A stretch of 64,000 nucleotides of DNA from Balanoglossus misakiensis. Lineage: Eukaryota; Animalia; Hemichordata. This document shows, piece after piece, positions 12,600 through 25,377 of the stretch. The DNA lies in assembly GCA_040954595.2 (NCBI GenBank), contig CM082591.2, forward strand, positions 919,882 to 983,881, read 5' to 3'. The notes under the pieces were generated by a model that was given only the letters and a program-made list of their open reading frames with translations, was not told where the DNA came from and did no database searches. The position numbers and the translations under genes were made by a program. Within the stretch, counting starts at the first letter, position 1, and the number at the start of each line of letters is the position of its first letter.

Positions 12600-15305
12600 C
12601 TAGGTTTCTGCTGACTCTTGTCGGAATGGGTCCAGGGTGTTGAGAAACTTGTACACAGCATCAACATATTCGACTTTGTGTTTCCTCATGTGCTCAACGT
12701 GGGGCGAGCTATCCCAGCACTTCGACTCCACGCGGTAGTGCAAGTCTCGTTCCCAGATCTCGGACAACTTCTCGTTGGCTTTGGCGGAGCCGATGGGGTC
12801 GTCCAGCGAGAACAGCATGAGGATCGGAGTGTCGACGGGGTTGTGACGGAGCTTTTCCGTCGTCTCCTTGATGTGCGACACCGTGTACTTCTGCGTCAGC
12901 CAAAAGTAGGTGACGGCGATCGACTTCAGCAGAAACCATAGCAACGGGTTCTGCGTGATGGCGTCGCAGATGGCATGGAAACTGTCCTTCGGGGAGGTGC
13001 AGCTGTCGAATATCTGCCCGACGATTCGACCTTTGACCCCTGCGTATCGCTCGGGTTTTCGGTCAATCAGCCGCAGCATCTCTCCGTAAAGATGGCCGCC
13101 AACCGAGAAAGAGTGCACGATTAATTTTTGCGACCCCTTCTCGATATAATCAAGAACTTCTTGCGCCACGTTCTGTCCTGTTGATGGCCACACCAGAGTG
13201 ATGGGGTCCATCTTCACGACAAGAACATCACACCCCTTGGAGTTGTATACCTCAACGTATTTATTAATATATCGTTGTTTTGCCGACATCCACGTGAACA
13301 TCAGAACTATGGGTCGGTTCTCGTCTTTGCGTACGACGGCGGTATCGTCCCAGAAGAGGATATCATCGTGGATCAGATCATCGGCTGTTCTGAGCTCCAA
13401 GTTGTCCGAGATGTGCGTCACCGTCAGTTCGGGTAGCAACGCGTCGTCAAGGTTGCCAACCACGTCGAACCACTCAGTTGCTGAAGATAATGTCATACGT
13501 GACGCCTGAAAAAAAAATAAAAAAATGAAATTATTTAAAAACGACATCTTGAAGTGTATAGATCGAGCTAACAAAAAGTCAAACTGGCAAGCTTATTGTC
13601 GTTACAAATATATAAATTGGAACACGAACACAAGGCTGTTGCCGGCGAAAAAACAGCGCCATCAACGCTAATGTCGTTGATGTTACGGTATAGAAAAGAC
13701 GCCAAAGTACGCACGTACATTTCCACAGAATTCATTTACATGCTTGTCTCGTAAACCTCGTGATCGCTGAACTATGGAAATGTAGGACAGTCTGTGCATC
13801 GCCATGGCAACAGACAGAACGGTCCCCCGTGTCATATTGTAGTACATGTACTGCCTATCATGGTGATATGCATTGAAATGCCAAAATGACGAATAGATTA
13901 CACTTTTCCACTGATTGCAACAATAACGTCAATGGCCACAAACCACATCAAAATCCACGTAACGACTAAATTTGACGCGACGTGCCAGCTCTTGATTTTG
14001 TATAAAGTCCGTGTGGCTTTTAGTAGAGAATATTCACTACAAATCGTGGTGTCTGAAAATTAGCTGAAAACTTTAACAGAGTCAGAATTGCCGAAGAGAT
14101 AACCATAAAATATTTCCAATATGCAGAACGCTACGTTCGTGATTTACATAGTAATTCAAGCGCCTCAAATGGGATGCAGACAGACTGCGCGCATCATTAT
14201 GAACAGGAAGTATGACTTGCTATTGATGAAGCAATGTAATACGCACGTGACTGCCTGTCTGTGTGTCTCTCTGTCTGTCCCTTCGCGCACTCTCATATTT
14301 CATCTACCCATTTCGTATCAAAGCATAGCCTTGTTTTGTCCTCTGCTGTATCATATTACTGTATATAGATTTCTTTGAAATGACGTGGTTGTTATATTTA
14401 GAATCACCTTGCAATTTCTACGTACATTGTACTCGACATTTTAATAATTATTGTATCTGTCAAAATGACCCCAAGTGACCGCCACATCAAGGCCTACTAC
14501 TAATCATGCTAATAAGAGCAATTTATAACGTCCAACACGAAAGAATTTACATGTTTGCTCGTTCGAGGATGTGGCTAGTTTGTTAATTCCCCCAGTAAAT
14601 GCACAGATGGCATAAAGTACATGGATATATATCGTTTGTCATCCACTAAATCTAGACCCTGGGTATTAAGGTCAGCCTCAGTTGTAAACAAACACCATCA
14701 GGGCATCCTACAGCTGACACATCACATCGTGGGTTGGTCAAAACAATATCCGTTTGTTTTGATATATCGTGGAATTTCAAGTCCACGCCGATGATACAGT
14801 CTTGCATAATTTTGGTATAAGGATGTTTATGCATGAAGCATGCATGTTCAGACAAGTCGGGTCGTGAACTACTTTTCTTCGGAGAGAGTGAAAAGGTCCC
14901 TTTCATGCTTGCAAACGGGAAACGAGGTCACTGAACAAACATAAAAAATAGGTTCGCATGTCGTGGAATACGTGTATAGTTACCCCAGTTTCCCTGCAGC
15001 CTCATTCGCAAATTTATCTAAATCCTCAAAAACACGTACACGGGAACAACCAATGGAAGACGAAAAAACAGCACAAGCGTTTCATTAATGATTTAATATT
15101 TCATGTGTTAATAGTGAACGCACACATGACGTAATCGCAGTTAATTTTTAAGAACACCTACCCGATGCCCCGTCAGCTGGGCGACGGCTCGGCAGCACAG
15201 ATCATAGATGACAAAGCAGACGACAGTTACTGTCAGAGCCGTGTACGGCGACTGCAAGAAAAGGAAAAACCCCGGCAAGACCTCGCCCAGTCCGTGATCT
15301 GACAT
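12600..15305 (-). CDS. TMEM53: TMEM53-like (DUF829) alpha/beta-hydrolase-fold protein, ~349 aa
   Basis: Exon 15305-15162 (MSDHGLGEV...hydrophobic...LTGHR|GTAGGT) splices in phase 0 to exon 13505-12600. Motifs PIVLMFTWMSAKQRYINKY, HSFSVGG, GQIFDSC, LFSLDDPI and WDSSPHVEH match the TMEM53/DUF829 family. Orthology versus paralogy is not established. Confidence 0.8.
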
Positions 15306-16769
15306 CTTAAAGCCTTTTTTTCGCGACTCTGCTGTCTGATCTTTATATGGACAGGTTGCAGACAACTGAAACACGACAGTAGCAGCTCTGTCTATTTCTC
15401 TCAAACACCACAGCTGATTGCCTGGGGTTTCCTACAGCGCAAGCTCAGTGCATTTCCCTTTTCATACATTTAAATATACTCAGCATCAAGGACCGTCCAT
15501 TAAGATGAAAGGGGTCACCTTATTGCATTGTACTGCCTGACCCTACTTACAAGATCTAAATGGAAAACTATTCGCAAGATGTTAAAGACACACAATGGAA
15601 GTCTAAAAGCCAGCCCTGTCCTAAAAGTGCACATTACAAATGTAGTTTTTTCACGAATTCCCCGCAAATAATAGTTTGGCCTTCATTAATATCAGCATAT
15701 TTAATGTGCAGTTATAATATATTTCCATTGTATGCTAATTTTAATCCCATGCCCTTAATTTTAAACAAGCAATGTTATCTTATTTTTCTATAAACAAAGA
15801 CAGGTGAATAATTTCCATGGAAATAACGCATCTGATAGATGATAGAACAGGTTCACACGATTGACAAAAATAATTCTAGAAATCCACATCAGTGCGTACT
15901 TCGGCCTGGCAATCAATCAGGATTCAGTGGAAATGAGTCTGAATCACGCATAACACGTTTGCAATTGGTGCAAGTTCTGTACAGGAGCAACTGTATATAT
16001 GTCATCTATAAATTAAAGTTCCATCTGTTTGATATTATAATTTGTTCACAAACAAAATATAGGTCAGCATATATGAGTGCAACTATGTTAAAGTACTTTA
16101 TCAGATGTCCCAGATATTATAAGATATTGAAAAACAATGGCCATTGTAATATTATGGAAAAGTATTTATTTCTGTCAAATATATATTTACATTCAAAAGT
16201 GCATATAGGAGTTGGTAACACTGCATTACAAAAACATGATCGACTTGGCTTTCACCCCCAATTTGTGAGGGTAAACACCAAATTGAAATAATGTGTGGGT
16301 TTGTGTGATTCTACTGAGGGCTGATTAGAAAATAGCATCTGGCAATTTCAGGTTTTGCACCAATGCAAGGTCTCAATGATATGAAATAACACTATTAGTT
16401 CATTTAATTTTCAGCACTTTAAAAATTATATCTTCTCACATATTCAATAAATATTATTTGTCATCGGTATGTAGATCACATAGCTCTAACATGTGCAAGG
16501 ATAACAGGTTATGGTTCTCCTCTATCAGGGATGTTGTTCACAGCCTGACTTCAATTGAATGAGAGAAAACTGAATATTCCTGGCCAGTAAAAGATTTATT
16601 TCGGTGAAAATTTCTTTTCCATGTAACTGTACAAGCAAGAAAAGAAATACACAGACTGATACAAAAATGTTCAAATACACTCTTCGCTACCTATTGAAAC
16701 AGCCTAGCATAGTTTGGTGAATGACTTTAGAAGGGTTATTCTATTTACAAATAAGGGGGTAGAGGTACT

Positions 16770-19571
16770 CTATACAGATACTGGGTCTCCACTTGCATAG
16801 GTTTGGTACTCTGTTTTATACATATGTGGGGCAGCAAATATTTCTTTAGGTCCTGGTTTAGGAAGTGTCCATGGTGTGTCAACAGGGCACAGATAGTTTT
16901 GTTTCATCCTCAAGTCTGACGGTTCAATGAATTTTGCTTGGTGTTCTGTTTTGATACCACTGCAAGACAAAAACACATGGAAATAAAATTAAAAAAAACA
17001 TTAATCATGACTCTCTTAATCACTAGAGAAATATTAATTTGGTTAGGGTGCGCGAATCTCTGTCAGTAAAACGACAAACTGAATGTAGACTTTAGAAAAT
17101 TGATTCTCTGTTTATTCTGATTTCTCGTACCTGTGTGGAACTCTTTTGAACTTTTCTGGCCACCTCACTGGCTCCTTAATCTTTGTTTTAAACCAGATAT
17201 CATCTCTCATTGGTGGTCTCTCCCTTGGCACAGATCCAGGTGGTAGTGGACTGCGAAGAAACACAGAGAAGTTAGAATATGTTAAGTTAAGTTGATGGGT
17301 GTTTTATATAACTGTTTTGCCTTATATACTGCTGTGGATAATGTTGATGTCAAAGTAGGCACATATTGTAACTGCTACAATTTATATCATCACAAACAAT
17401 ATGGTTGTTACTTTGTATTACACTGTAGTGTAACTGCTACAGTGTACATCATTGCAAACAATGCGGTTGTTACTTTGTATTACAATGTATATCATTGTTG
17501 TTACTTTGTACTACAATGTATATCATTGCTGTTACTTTGTATTACAATGTGTATCATTTTTGTTACTTTGTATTACAATGTGTATCATTGTTGTTACTCT
17601 GTACTACAATGTATATCATTGCAAACAACGTGGTTGTTACTTTGTACTACAATATATATCCTTGCAAACAATGCTGAAACTAAAGAGTTGAAAACTTACT
17701 TGTGTTTTGTACCATGTCCCCATGCTTGTGGGTATTCTTCACACCTCCAGTACGTTGCTGCATCTTTCTTTGGGTAACTTTCTAGTTCCCTCTTGGGGAA
17801 TGGTCTGTGATCCTTATGTGTTGTGCTGATGTAGGGGTCAAGTTCGGTCAGAATGGCTGGATCTCGTGCAAAGAATGGTCTTCCTCTGACATCTTTGTTC
17901 TCTGTAGATGGGACAACAGTCTGCAAATGGAGCCAGGAGAATCAGTATTGTTAAACATTGTAATTTGTCATTATTATCATCAGTTAAAATACAGGCATTA
18001 ATGTTTACAGTTTGATATTTTGATAATACAAAAGGAATCAAGCAAATTTACAGAAAAACACTGCGTACACGAAGGAAATATGTATCATAATCTGAAATAA
18101 AACTAACCTTCATTGGGCCATTGGTATGATGGTTATCTAGGACTGGAGGCAGTGGGTTTGAAGGAAGTTTTGCATCAAAGTTAATCTTTGATGGAAGACC
18201 CTTATAGTTCGCTTGGAATTCAGTTTCCATGGTACCTGTTGTGAGCGGGCGTCGCCAACCTCTCCCTTGAAGCTGAAAAATAACAATACATGTGTGTATA
18301 CAAAACTTTGGTAAATTTATGTGTATGTAGAGCCTTCGGGTTCTGATTCTCAATGTTGCAGTTTATAATATCTGGCAGGCTGCTTTGCCAGTTCAGTAAC
18401 TCCACACAAAGCAATTCACATGTAGCCATGGTGATGATAAAGCCCAAAACGTTTTGATTGTTTGCAATTATATAAATTCACTGAGTTGAGTATGCTATAT
18501 AATCCTTGTTCCATATATCCAAGGATATTGAATTCTAAGTGTGCATTCAAGCGAACAATGATTTCAGATGCCTCTTGATAACAACACAGTGGTTGTATTG
18601 TTTGGAGGTAGGCCTCTTGTTTATTCTTCTCTTTATTGTGGAATAAATAACGTTCAGTTAGAGAGGATTTACTATAAGGTAGTGATTTAAAAGTCAGATT
18701 CTACAGGTCACATTCGTGCCCACAGGCTCTACCACAAGCAACTACACAACACCTGACAATATTATTCGACCCTTTCACCACCATGGTTCAGTCCAAACCA
18801 ATTGTTTTCTATGGTAAGGTTGGACCTCTAAAGAGTGAACTGGGGGTGAAAGGGTTAAAGTTAAGATGTCATTATCGAACATACATACTTTTTCATGGTG
18901 ATCTTTTGTGTAATGTACTTTCCAGTTTCCAGGAGCCTTCTTGTGGAGGTCGTTGCCATAGACACCACCACCTAATTTGTAATCATGGACATCACCAGTT
19001 GTTGTGTTGAATGGTTTGATGATTTCATCTTGCTTTGCTAGAGGTGGAGGTAGTGGATTATGGATAGTTTTCTGTGGGAAAACATAATCAAAAACATGTT
19101 ATTAATGGTGCGAGCTGACCAATACATACAGAGGTGATATACCTACAAGTGACCCGCATCAGACAGCCGATGTATGGCCGTGTACTTCCCGTTGCGTTGT
19201 TTGGCCTCGCCCCCTCTCGGAGTTTGGCGCGATCAGATATCTGATTATCTGAACGATAATGTCCGATGTTAATCGCACTAAGGCAGTTTTGTCATTTTGT
19301 AGGTTTGCAAAGTTTTGCCCGAAAGGTTGGAACTTTAAACTGGGAGCAGAGATCGCTGATGACCTTCAATGAAATGCGATTAGGACATGTACATTGCACT
19401 GCAAGCCTTGTTTTCATTTTGGGTGTTCCCCCGAGGAAATCTCGGCGAAAATCATCTTACCTTGAAATCAGACGCTGGAAAATAGTACGCTGGTCTCCAA
19501 TCGTGTCCCCTTCCTGTACTGGTTTGGTGTAAATCAAACCTTTTTGGGTTTGGAGGCGCCGATAGCGACAT
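16770..19571 (-). CDS. SAXO3: Stabilizer of axonemal microtubules 3 (ciliary microtubule inner protein), ~329 aa
   Basis: Exons 19571-19461, 19071-18889, 18272-18108, 17920-17700, 17250-17131, 16959-16770 (990 nt, phases consistent). Segments LQGRGWRRPLTT, DNHHTNGP, PYISTTHKDHRPF, YPKKDAATYWRCEEYPQAWGHG, CPVDTPW and YKTEYQTY match my recollection of human SAXO3. Confidence 0.8.
17400..17675. repeat. ~31-bp intronic minisatellite (GTTGTTACTTTGTATTACAATGTATATCATT-like)
   Basis: About 7 degenerate tandem copies in SAXO3 intron 4; they explain the repetitive spurious ORFs at 17292-17777. Confidence 0.85.
18770..18854. mobile_element. Short non-autonomous TIR element (piggyBac-like MITE)
   Basis: Perfect 10-bp terminal inverted repeats CCCTTTCACC (18770-18779) and GGTGAAAGGG (18845-18854). 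The right flank is TTAA and the left flank is TCGA (possibly decayed TTAA). CCC termini with TTAA target sites are piggyBac hallmarks. Confidence 0.55.
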
Positions 19572-19656
19572 GTTTCTTAGCTTACCAGATCACGCTTCCA
19601 ATGTTGCTATGTTGGATACAATGCTTCCCGTTGAATATTCATTGTTTGGTCGTTCC

Positions 19657-19671
19657 ATTGCCCTTAGCAAC
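19657..19671. promoter_or_regulatory. Candidate RFX X-box upstream of SAXO3
   Basis: ATTGCC-CTT-AGCAAC is one mismatch from GTNRCC-N0-3-RGYAAC and lies ~90 bp upstream of the ATG of a ciliary gene. Confidence 0.4.
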
Positions 19672-20279
19672 GACGCGCAAACACACAGCGCCGCCAACGC
19701 CAAACCTTTGCTTTGACACTATCTTCTTTTGTTTTATTTTGACGCGCGCGTGAATGCATAGCATATCGTTGACTTTTAGCTGCTCAGGTTAAAGAACACT
19801 TGTTACATAGTTGCATAATGATGAAGTTTTATTCTACACGTGCTGATAGATAATGCATACATGAAATTATTGTCGAACCAAATCACCAGATGGTGCATTC
19901 ATGCATATTTCAGTCGTGAAGTAACGTTCCGATATGTTTTATGATCATAGCGCAAATGCAACTTTGTCATCGAATATAAAACGAAAGCTGCAATATTTGA
20001 AATCAACGTCCTGTGATATTTAAATGGCTTCCAGGAATAACTCGTCAAAGTTGCGAATAATTTCCTGCGTCGATAAATGACCTCTGGGTGGTCGACCTCA
20101 TAAATAGAAGCCGACGTCACATTCGACCAATCAGCGTCCAGTTCCACTGTGAGTCACGGGTCTTGTTACTGGTGATCTGGCAATACGGTTCTATATATAT
20201 ACAGTAGCCAGAATTTTATAAAGTGTTATCGCGTACCTGTCAGCTGGATTTTTGAAGACTACCTTGCCGAATTCTGAAA

Positions 20280-21792
20280 ATGAGTCTCTACTACGGGTGC
20301 AAAGAAAAGCAAGCGCTTCGGGTAAGTGTTTTTTGTATGCGCTGTTCAAACATCACTCGTCAGCAATCTCACTTTTTTGAATTTTACTTCCGGGTAGGCA
20401 GTGTCGACAATCATAATCATTCGAATTACAGTCAGTGTGTTTGAATGTACACACGGTCAAGATATAGCCAGTTTTCTTATTTTTCCGATGTTTGCTGACG
20501 TCACGGACGTAGTCCTATATCCCTTTAAATTATTTTGCTTTTTTTTACAGCAAGAAGCGCGACATGAAAGAAAAGAAGCAAGGCTTCATACAAAAGCTAT
20601 GAATGCAGCGTTACATGGAAATTTAGTTCGAGCAGCTCGTCTTGAAGTAAGTTTATTTGGAAATTTCTTTTAGTGAAAGTCATTCAGTTATGCCACGTGG
20701 TAACACAGTCATTCTTCTGTAGTTTTATCTGAAGCATTATGATTCCCTGACCTTTGACCCTGTGACAAAACCCATAAACTCGAAACTTGTATAAAAGAAG
20801 AGCAAATTTGTCTCTGGCAGGGAAGGGCCCATCAACAACATCATCGTGCAGAAGATGCTCACATGAGAGCTCAGGCAGCTGCTCATCATCATCATGGCAT
20901 CCATCATGGTCCTTGCTTGAAATCTTGCTGTAAACCTTCTTGTAGACCTGTCTGTGGTTCTGGTGTGACAGTTGTACATGTTAGTAGAATTGAATTTATT
21001 TTGTATTTCTGCAATAATATTTGTATGTACATGAAACCAAAGCTAAAGCATAGAAATTAAACTGTACGTGTAAATTATGAATATTTTTACATCATCTCAG
21101 TTTTCACCTGTTTGTGTATATTTCAGCATTATGATTCAACTCCTCCAGTGGCCTACCCAACAGGAAGTGCCGTTCCACCAACCTCCAACTACCCCACTGG
21201 AACTGTACCTCCCCCAGCCCAACCAACCTATCCAACACAACCCCCAGCAGCTTACCCACAACCCCCTGCTGCATACCCACAACCCCCTGCTGCATATCCA
21301 CCACAACCCACCACATACCCAACACAACCAACTGGTTACCCACAACCCCCTGCTGGATATCCACACCAACCACCTACGTATCCAGGTAAGCATTGTTTTG
21401 TACTTTGCAATCTTTGCAATGATTTTATTGTAATAATATCCCTATACATATTATAAATCAGGAATAATATTGAAGATTTATGTCTTTCTATTTTTCTTTT
21501 CAAGGTTATCCTGCAGAGGCACCCCCACCCTACACAAGTAAGTATGCAAGAATTTGCAGTGAAAGTAGCAGAGACTATTGCACAGATTTTATCCTGTTTG
21601 CATCAGTTTGCATGGTCAATGAAACTTTTTTGATGTCACACAAAACAAAATTGAACAATGACATCAGTGACACTAGAAAACATTGCAACATGATTGCTTT
21701 AAATTAAAAATAAGAAATTGGCAATAAAATCACCAATTTTTTCTGCATTCATTTCAGCCGGATACCCTGCCTATCCTTACCCACAGAAGTAA
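20280..21792 (+). CDS. Uncharacterised His/Cys-rich and Pro/Tyr/Gln-repeat protein, ~207 aa
   Basis: Six phase-consistent GT-AG exons: 20280-20321, 20551-20646, 20821-20979, 21127-21385, 21505-21537, 21758-21792 (624 nt). Helical Ala/Arg/His N-terminus, HHHHGIHHGPCLKSCCKPSCRPVC, repeated QPPAAYP, and a PPPY motif. TATA-like run at 20192-20201. Confidence 0.8.
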
Positions 21793-23324
21793 ACCACCAG
21801 ACCCCATTTTGCTGAAAGGTCAAAGGTCGGACATCCTGGTATTTTGGATTGCCATTGGGATATCAAGCTGTGGGATCTTTCATTACTCCATGTGTTGTAG
21901 GAAAGATTTATTCAATATATACTTTTATAAACAAGGTAAACCAGAGGTTGGAGTTGGCATTTTTACAATAAGGCTGAAGTGGGTGGACCGAGTAGTGTGT
22001 ATATTGTACTTGCAATGTGCTACAGATATACTTGCCATTCTTGGCCAGAACTACAAAAACTCGCGCTAGTCATGTGCCCTCCGAGGCAGAAATAAAATAA
22101 CTTTTATTTGAGAAGGTTCCTGCCACAGAGCGTGTGCATGTGATGTGTGTTTAGCGATACTTGTACATTGTATATCCAGAATCGTGACATCTTTGTGGTG
22201 AGTTATAAAACTATGGATGAAAAAAATTAAGAGATCAATAAAATTATTTGTAATAAAGGTTTTAGATTGGTATTTTGTGTTGAGGTATGTGAAGTCATTG
22301 ATTGATTGATTTGTTGTTTGATTGAGACTACCCCGGCGTCGAATGGTTCGTCCTAGGAGATAAGCACAAAGTGGTACAGCCCAGGTACGATTGCTCATTG
22401 TAGTGAAACGAAGTCGGCTGCATGTACTGTGTAGTTCAAATACTATGCGTACATTGTTGGTTGCTGAACAAAACACCTTTTGTAAATACAAACATGTACT
22501 TATGCGCCCAGTTTGTCGACCTCTGGCATTTCATGGCAGCGACAGAACGCGTTGGTTCGCTCTCACCCTCCGTGGCATACTGTTTTACCCCGTGTGGAAT
22601 CTAGTAAACGCGAGTCGTGCAGACGAAGGCATAAACGAATCAGGCGAAAGACACTGCATAGACTGCGACGAATCAACCACCTGGTCAAAACTGTAATCAA
22701 CACATATCACAACCGCGGTGGTGGTGGTGAGAAGCTATCGTCGAGACATCAGTAAGGGATAAAGAGTAAGTGATTCTCGTATTGTGCAGTCTTTATGATA
22801 AACATAATGAAGCAAATAAGGCTGTTATTAACACTCGCTTCAGCCACCTTCCAAAGATTGACCATATCTTTGTTGCGTGTTGCCTGAATAGCTAACCTTC
22901 TAGACGAAACGAGGCCAGTAAGAAGAGTAGATGGCAGATTGCCAAGTGTTTGAAAGACGTCGCCTTATCCCCCAATCTCTTTCCGACGCCACGGAAGTTA
23001 AATAGATCTAAGATAATTTCAGTAATGTCGGGGTACAGGATAGTTAAATACATGTCGGAGGAATTTTACTTTACATATTATTTTTCATCAATCAACAACA
23101 GTTTCTTTAAAGCGTTCTGATTGGCCAATTCCTTCGTTGACTCAAAGAGAGTGCCAGGTGCACAGATAACATTACGTAAACGATCGAAGACCAAGTGTAG
23201 TTTGCGTGCATGGTGGGGTTATCTGTATGGCATGTCTTTATTGACGACGTGATTTCCAAAGCCAACCCTGTAAACATAATATTTTAACGGTGGCGTTTTC
23301 TTTCTGTTTCTCTCTGCAAAGAAG

Positions 23325-24759
23325 ATGGAAGCCCTCAAAAATCGCGAAGTTGCTCTCGCGTTTGGGAAGGCATTAAATGCCCGGATGTTTGCAAAGTCAA
23401 CTTTGCAGAAGTATGATGAACAACTGGAACCGACTGCAGAAAATGCCGACCAGTTAGTGGAAAAAGTCAGTAAAATTCACAGGGACATCTTCCAGAAATC
23501 GCTGGCGGAACAAGGTATCAGTCTTTGGAAGTTTCTGCTGACGTCAGATCCGGGAATGTTGTTCCAATCGATAACCAAGTGGCACGCAAATGACAAAGAG
23601 GTAATTACCAGAACAACTCCCAGACACTGTTTTCACTGTTTCAGCGTTTAATTGGATTTAGGAAACAGACCCCAAATTTGGCTTTGATACTTTCATTACC
23701 AGAACGGAACACGAAGTGGCATTCTGGGTAATTTTTGGTAATATTTACATTTCCTGTTTAGGTGCTGGAGTGTTTCGAATTTGCCAACATTGCCGGCATT
23801 GACCTGGCCAATCCACCAACACCACCGCAGATCGGTGACCCTGTGACGAACATAGGACTTGTTGACATGGAAACGGGACAGTCAACTGACATGGCGGATC
23901 TCCATCTAAATAAAGAACGCCCCCTTGTGGTGATTGCATCGTCACTATCCTGACCTCCATTTAGGGTAGGTTCATCATCGGTGATAGAGCCGTTGTCCGT
24001 GACAATACTATCAGAATTTATTTCCACATCATTATATCTTTCTACACTGATAAGTAATCCGTTCCATTTCATCCACAGGCCGTTGTTCACGGCGGCTCCT
24101 TATTCCAGTTATTCCAAGACTACAAAGAAAGAGCAGATTTCCTGATGGTATACTTAAAGGAAGCTCACCCATCAGATGGATGGAGTATTGGTTCACACTT
24201 TAGTGTTCTAACCCAACACAAGACTATAGAAGATCGAATGGCCGCGGCAAGGTGAGAAAAGGGAGGGGGGAAGGTGAGAGGATAGGGGGGACAGACATTG
24301 GGTTTGATTGTGAAGGTTGCAATCTCCACCTTATTATCAATGAAACATTTCCTTAGTACAGAAGCTAACTAAACAAGACACACAGACAATTGCAAGTTCT
24401 TTACCCAGTACTTTCTTTAATGAAGTGATTTTAAATTATATTCGGGCCGGATGAAAACGTGTTGATATGTTCTCTCACACAGAAATATGATTGAACTCGA
24501 TAATTTCAACACATTCACCACCGACATCAAAGACACAACCAGAGTTCGTATGGTCCTTGATAACATGAATAACGACTTCGGCTTGCGGTATGAAAGTATC
24601 CCAGACCGCGTATTTGTCTTCAATGACGGCAAAATATCCTTCATCGGGAGGAAGATCACTAAGCAGGTGATGCCTTTTGAAGTCAAGACGTTGATGACCG
24701 ATGAACTCAGGCGGTGGCTGCGATCTCACTTCAGGGAAAATTATTGTTCTATCCTGTAA
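23325..24759 (+). CDS. Iodothyronine deiodinase-like selenoprotein 1 (Sec at TGA 23951-23953), ~309 aa, C-terminal CaaX (CSIL)
   Basis: Exons 23325-23600, 23762-23965, 24079-24251, 24483-24759 (930 nt). Motifs RPLVVIASSLS-U-PPFR, DFLMVYLKEAHPSDGW, QHKTIEDRMAAAR, VLDNMNN and PDRVFVFNDGKISFIG are deiodinase-family motifs. The frame continues past the TGA to a donor at 23966, and a SECIS lies downstream. Confidence 0.9.
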
Positions 24760-24902
24760 AATGGGCGAAGAAATTGATTTGAATTTTTTTTTGCACAGAC
24801 GCAATCACATGCGCCTGGAGCAAGTATTGTAATATTATGGTCCCATCCCCCCCCCCCCCCTCCACCATCAAATATAAACACATAAGTGACTGCGACTGCG
24901 CA

Positions 24903-24977
24903 GGAGTGGGTCATGATGACGGCATTCGGTTAAAGTCATAATATGGCAGCCTTTGCCAGAAAATGGCGACTTTCTCC
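24903..24977 (+). promoter_or_regulatory. Type II SECIS element of deiodinase-like gene 1
   Basis: Helix I GGAGTGGGTC/GACTTTCTCC; core ATGAC (24916-24920)...AGAA (24958-24961); helix II GGCAttcGGTT/AGCCttTGCC; apical AAA (24932-24934); mini-helix GTCAT/ATGGC. Confidence 0.8.
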
Positions 24978-25377
24978 TACGTGGTCCTGTTGTCATTGTG
25001 TACGTGGGTTCGGACCAGGAATGAACGCCTATAAACTGTTTATTTTGAGATGATTTTGATTACATATCCATGAATTGTAAATTTTGGATGACGATGATGA
25101 CGGTGGTGGTAGTGTGGTGATCTTGTGGCTCATCAGCACAGAAATCTTAGTAATGTAATTATCAAAATCTGGACTTGATTCGTTTGCCAAGAATAAGAAT
25201 AGTTGTTACATATATGTACCATCTGACTCAGTTTCTGAGTCAGAGAAAACAACGAATAACTTGATTGTGAATAAAAAGTATAAAATATAATTCTGAAATA
25301 TTTAATTATTCGAAAAATTACAATGGGATGGTTTTTGCATTTGCGGAAAAAACAGAACGTAGCAAAGAAACATGGTG

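Noticed and set aside
12618-13509. Overlapping ORFs within the TMEM53-like exon
   Set aside because: Shadow frames of a GC-rich coding exon with no recognisable motifs.
13798-13811. X-box-like ATCGCCATGGCAAC in the TMEM53-like intron
   Set aside because: One mismatch, intronic and not near an evident start site; chance occurrence is plausible.
17292-17777. Cys/Tyr-rich + strand ORFs
   Set aside because: Translations of the 31-bp intronic minisatellite, antisense to SAXO3.
22330-22770. GC-richer segment with several short ORFs and a donor-like GTAAGT near 22766
   Set aside because: No protein similarity recognised; it could be a 5' UTR exon of selenoprotein gene 1 or a repeat fragment, and I cannot distinguish these.
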